Source of the DNA: a virus
Lineage: Duplodnaviria > Heunggongvirae > Uroviricota > Caudoviricetes
DNA: 4,733 bases
Virus record (IMG/VR): IMGVR_UViG_2703718787_000005
Strand: one strand, 5' to 3'
Shown one piece after another: positions 4,309-4,733 of the stretch (position 1 is the first letter of the stretch; each line of letters opens with the position of its first letter). The position numbers and the translations under genes are program-made. A model generated the notes under the pieces. It saw only the letters and a program-made list of their open reading frames with translations. It was not told the origin of the DNA and did not search any database.

Positions 4309-4701
4309 ATGGCAAGAGTATTTACACAGGAAGAGCGGGAAGAAGTGAAGGCGCGCATTGTGGAATTCGTGCGCCTGAGCGGACGAGAAACTTTTCGACA
4401 ACTGGCAGATAAAACGGGTGTCAGTAAGACCGCTATTCGTCGTTTATCTGGTGCGCTTGCGGCCAGTGGTGATGTCTGGCTCTCTGATTGCGGGGTATTT
4501 CCATCAGAGCAGGCGTATCGCGTATGGCGTAAGACACCGGAGAAGGCTGCTGACCCGACACTGATTCGAAAGTTACCTGACGGAGAAATACGTCGTTACA
4601 ACAGATGGCAGAACATAATTTGTCGTGAGTGCCGCCAGAGCGAGGTTATGCAGCGTGTGCTGGCGTTCTATCGGGGAAACTTTCAGGAGGTGATGGAGTG
4701 A
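4309..4701 (+). CDS. ren: Ren-like protein, 130 aa
   Basis: I take the start at ATG 4309 (SD GGAGG, 5-nt spacer); the track ORF starts at TTG 4294. The C-terminus ...ICRECRQSEVMQRVLAFYRG resembles the lambda Ren C-terminus as I remember it (…ECRQSAAMKRVLAVYG…), and an HTH-like segment (ETFRQLADKTGVSKTAIRRLSGAL) precedes it. It follows the P-like gene, as ren does in lambda. Recollection, not alignment. Confidence 0.65.
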   Translation: MARVFTQEEREEVKARIVEFVRLSGRETFRQLADKTGVSKTAIRRLSGALAASGDVWLSDCGVFPSEQAYRVWRKTPEKAADPTLIRKLPDGEIRRYNRWQNIICRECRQSEVMQRVLAFYRGNFQEVME

Positions 4702-4703
4702 GG

Positions 4704-4733
4704 GTGAGAGTTTATATTGCCGGTCCAATGACG
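4704..4733 (+). CDS. 5' end of a downstream gene, truncated by the window edge (V/M-RVYIAGPMT...)
   Basis: GTG at 4704 with GGAG 5 nt upstream, open to the window end. The first residues recall the N-terminus of nucleoside 2-deoxyribosyltransferase-like phage proteins, but 10 codons are not enough to decide. Confidence 0.3.
   Translation, partial: MRVYIAGPMT

Noticed and set aside
3845-4401. Minus-strand ORFs 3845..4051 and 4135..4401
   Set aside because: Antisense to the winged-helix and Ren-like genes, with no start context.

Overview
This 4.7-kb window reads as the immunity-and-replication core of a lambdoid enterobacterial prophage, most likely the described Rac/CP-933P type rather than a new system. 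All calls rest on reading the sequence and on remembered protein families; no search or alignment was run.

Leftward (minus strand): a 135-aa HTH repressor (cI analogue, no LexA-like autocleavage domain) is followed by an overlapping antitoxin-toxin pair (PaaA2-like antitoxin, ParE-family toxin) and a hairpin terminator. A pL-like promoter with two operator copies lies left of that.

Rightward (plus strand): a YdaS-like Cro analogue and a YdaT-like CII analogue are translationally coupled. Then comes an O-like replication initiator carrying two internal arrays of 10-11-bp GTCAC iterons; the second array is followed by an AT-rich stretch and a 12-bp perfect palindrome, which is the probable origin. 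A lambda-P-like helicase loader follows, with its 5' end apparently overlapping the 3' end of the O-like gene out of frame. Last are a protein with two winged-helix-like modules, a Ren-like protein, and the first 10 codons of another gene.

The repressor sits between divergent promoters that share a 13-bp operator motif with the left promoter region. I see no CRISPR, tRNA, rRNA or insertion sequence.

The points most worth a second look are the toxin pair sitting where lambda carries rexAB, the doubled iteron arrays, the O/P overlap, and the repeated Ren-like modules.
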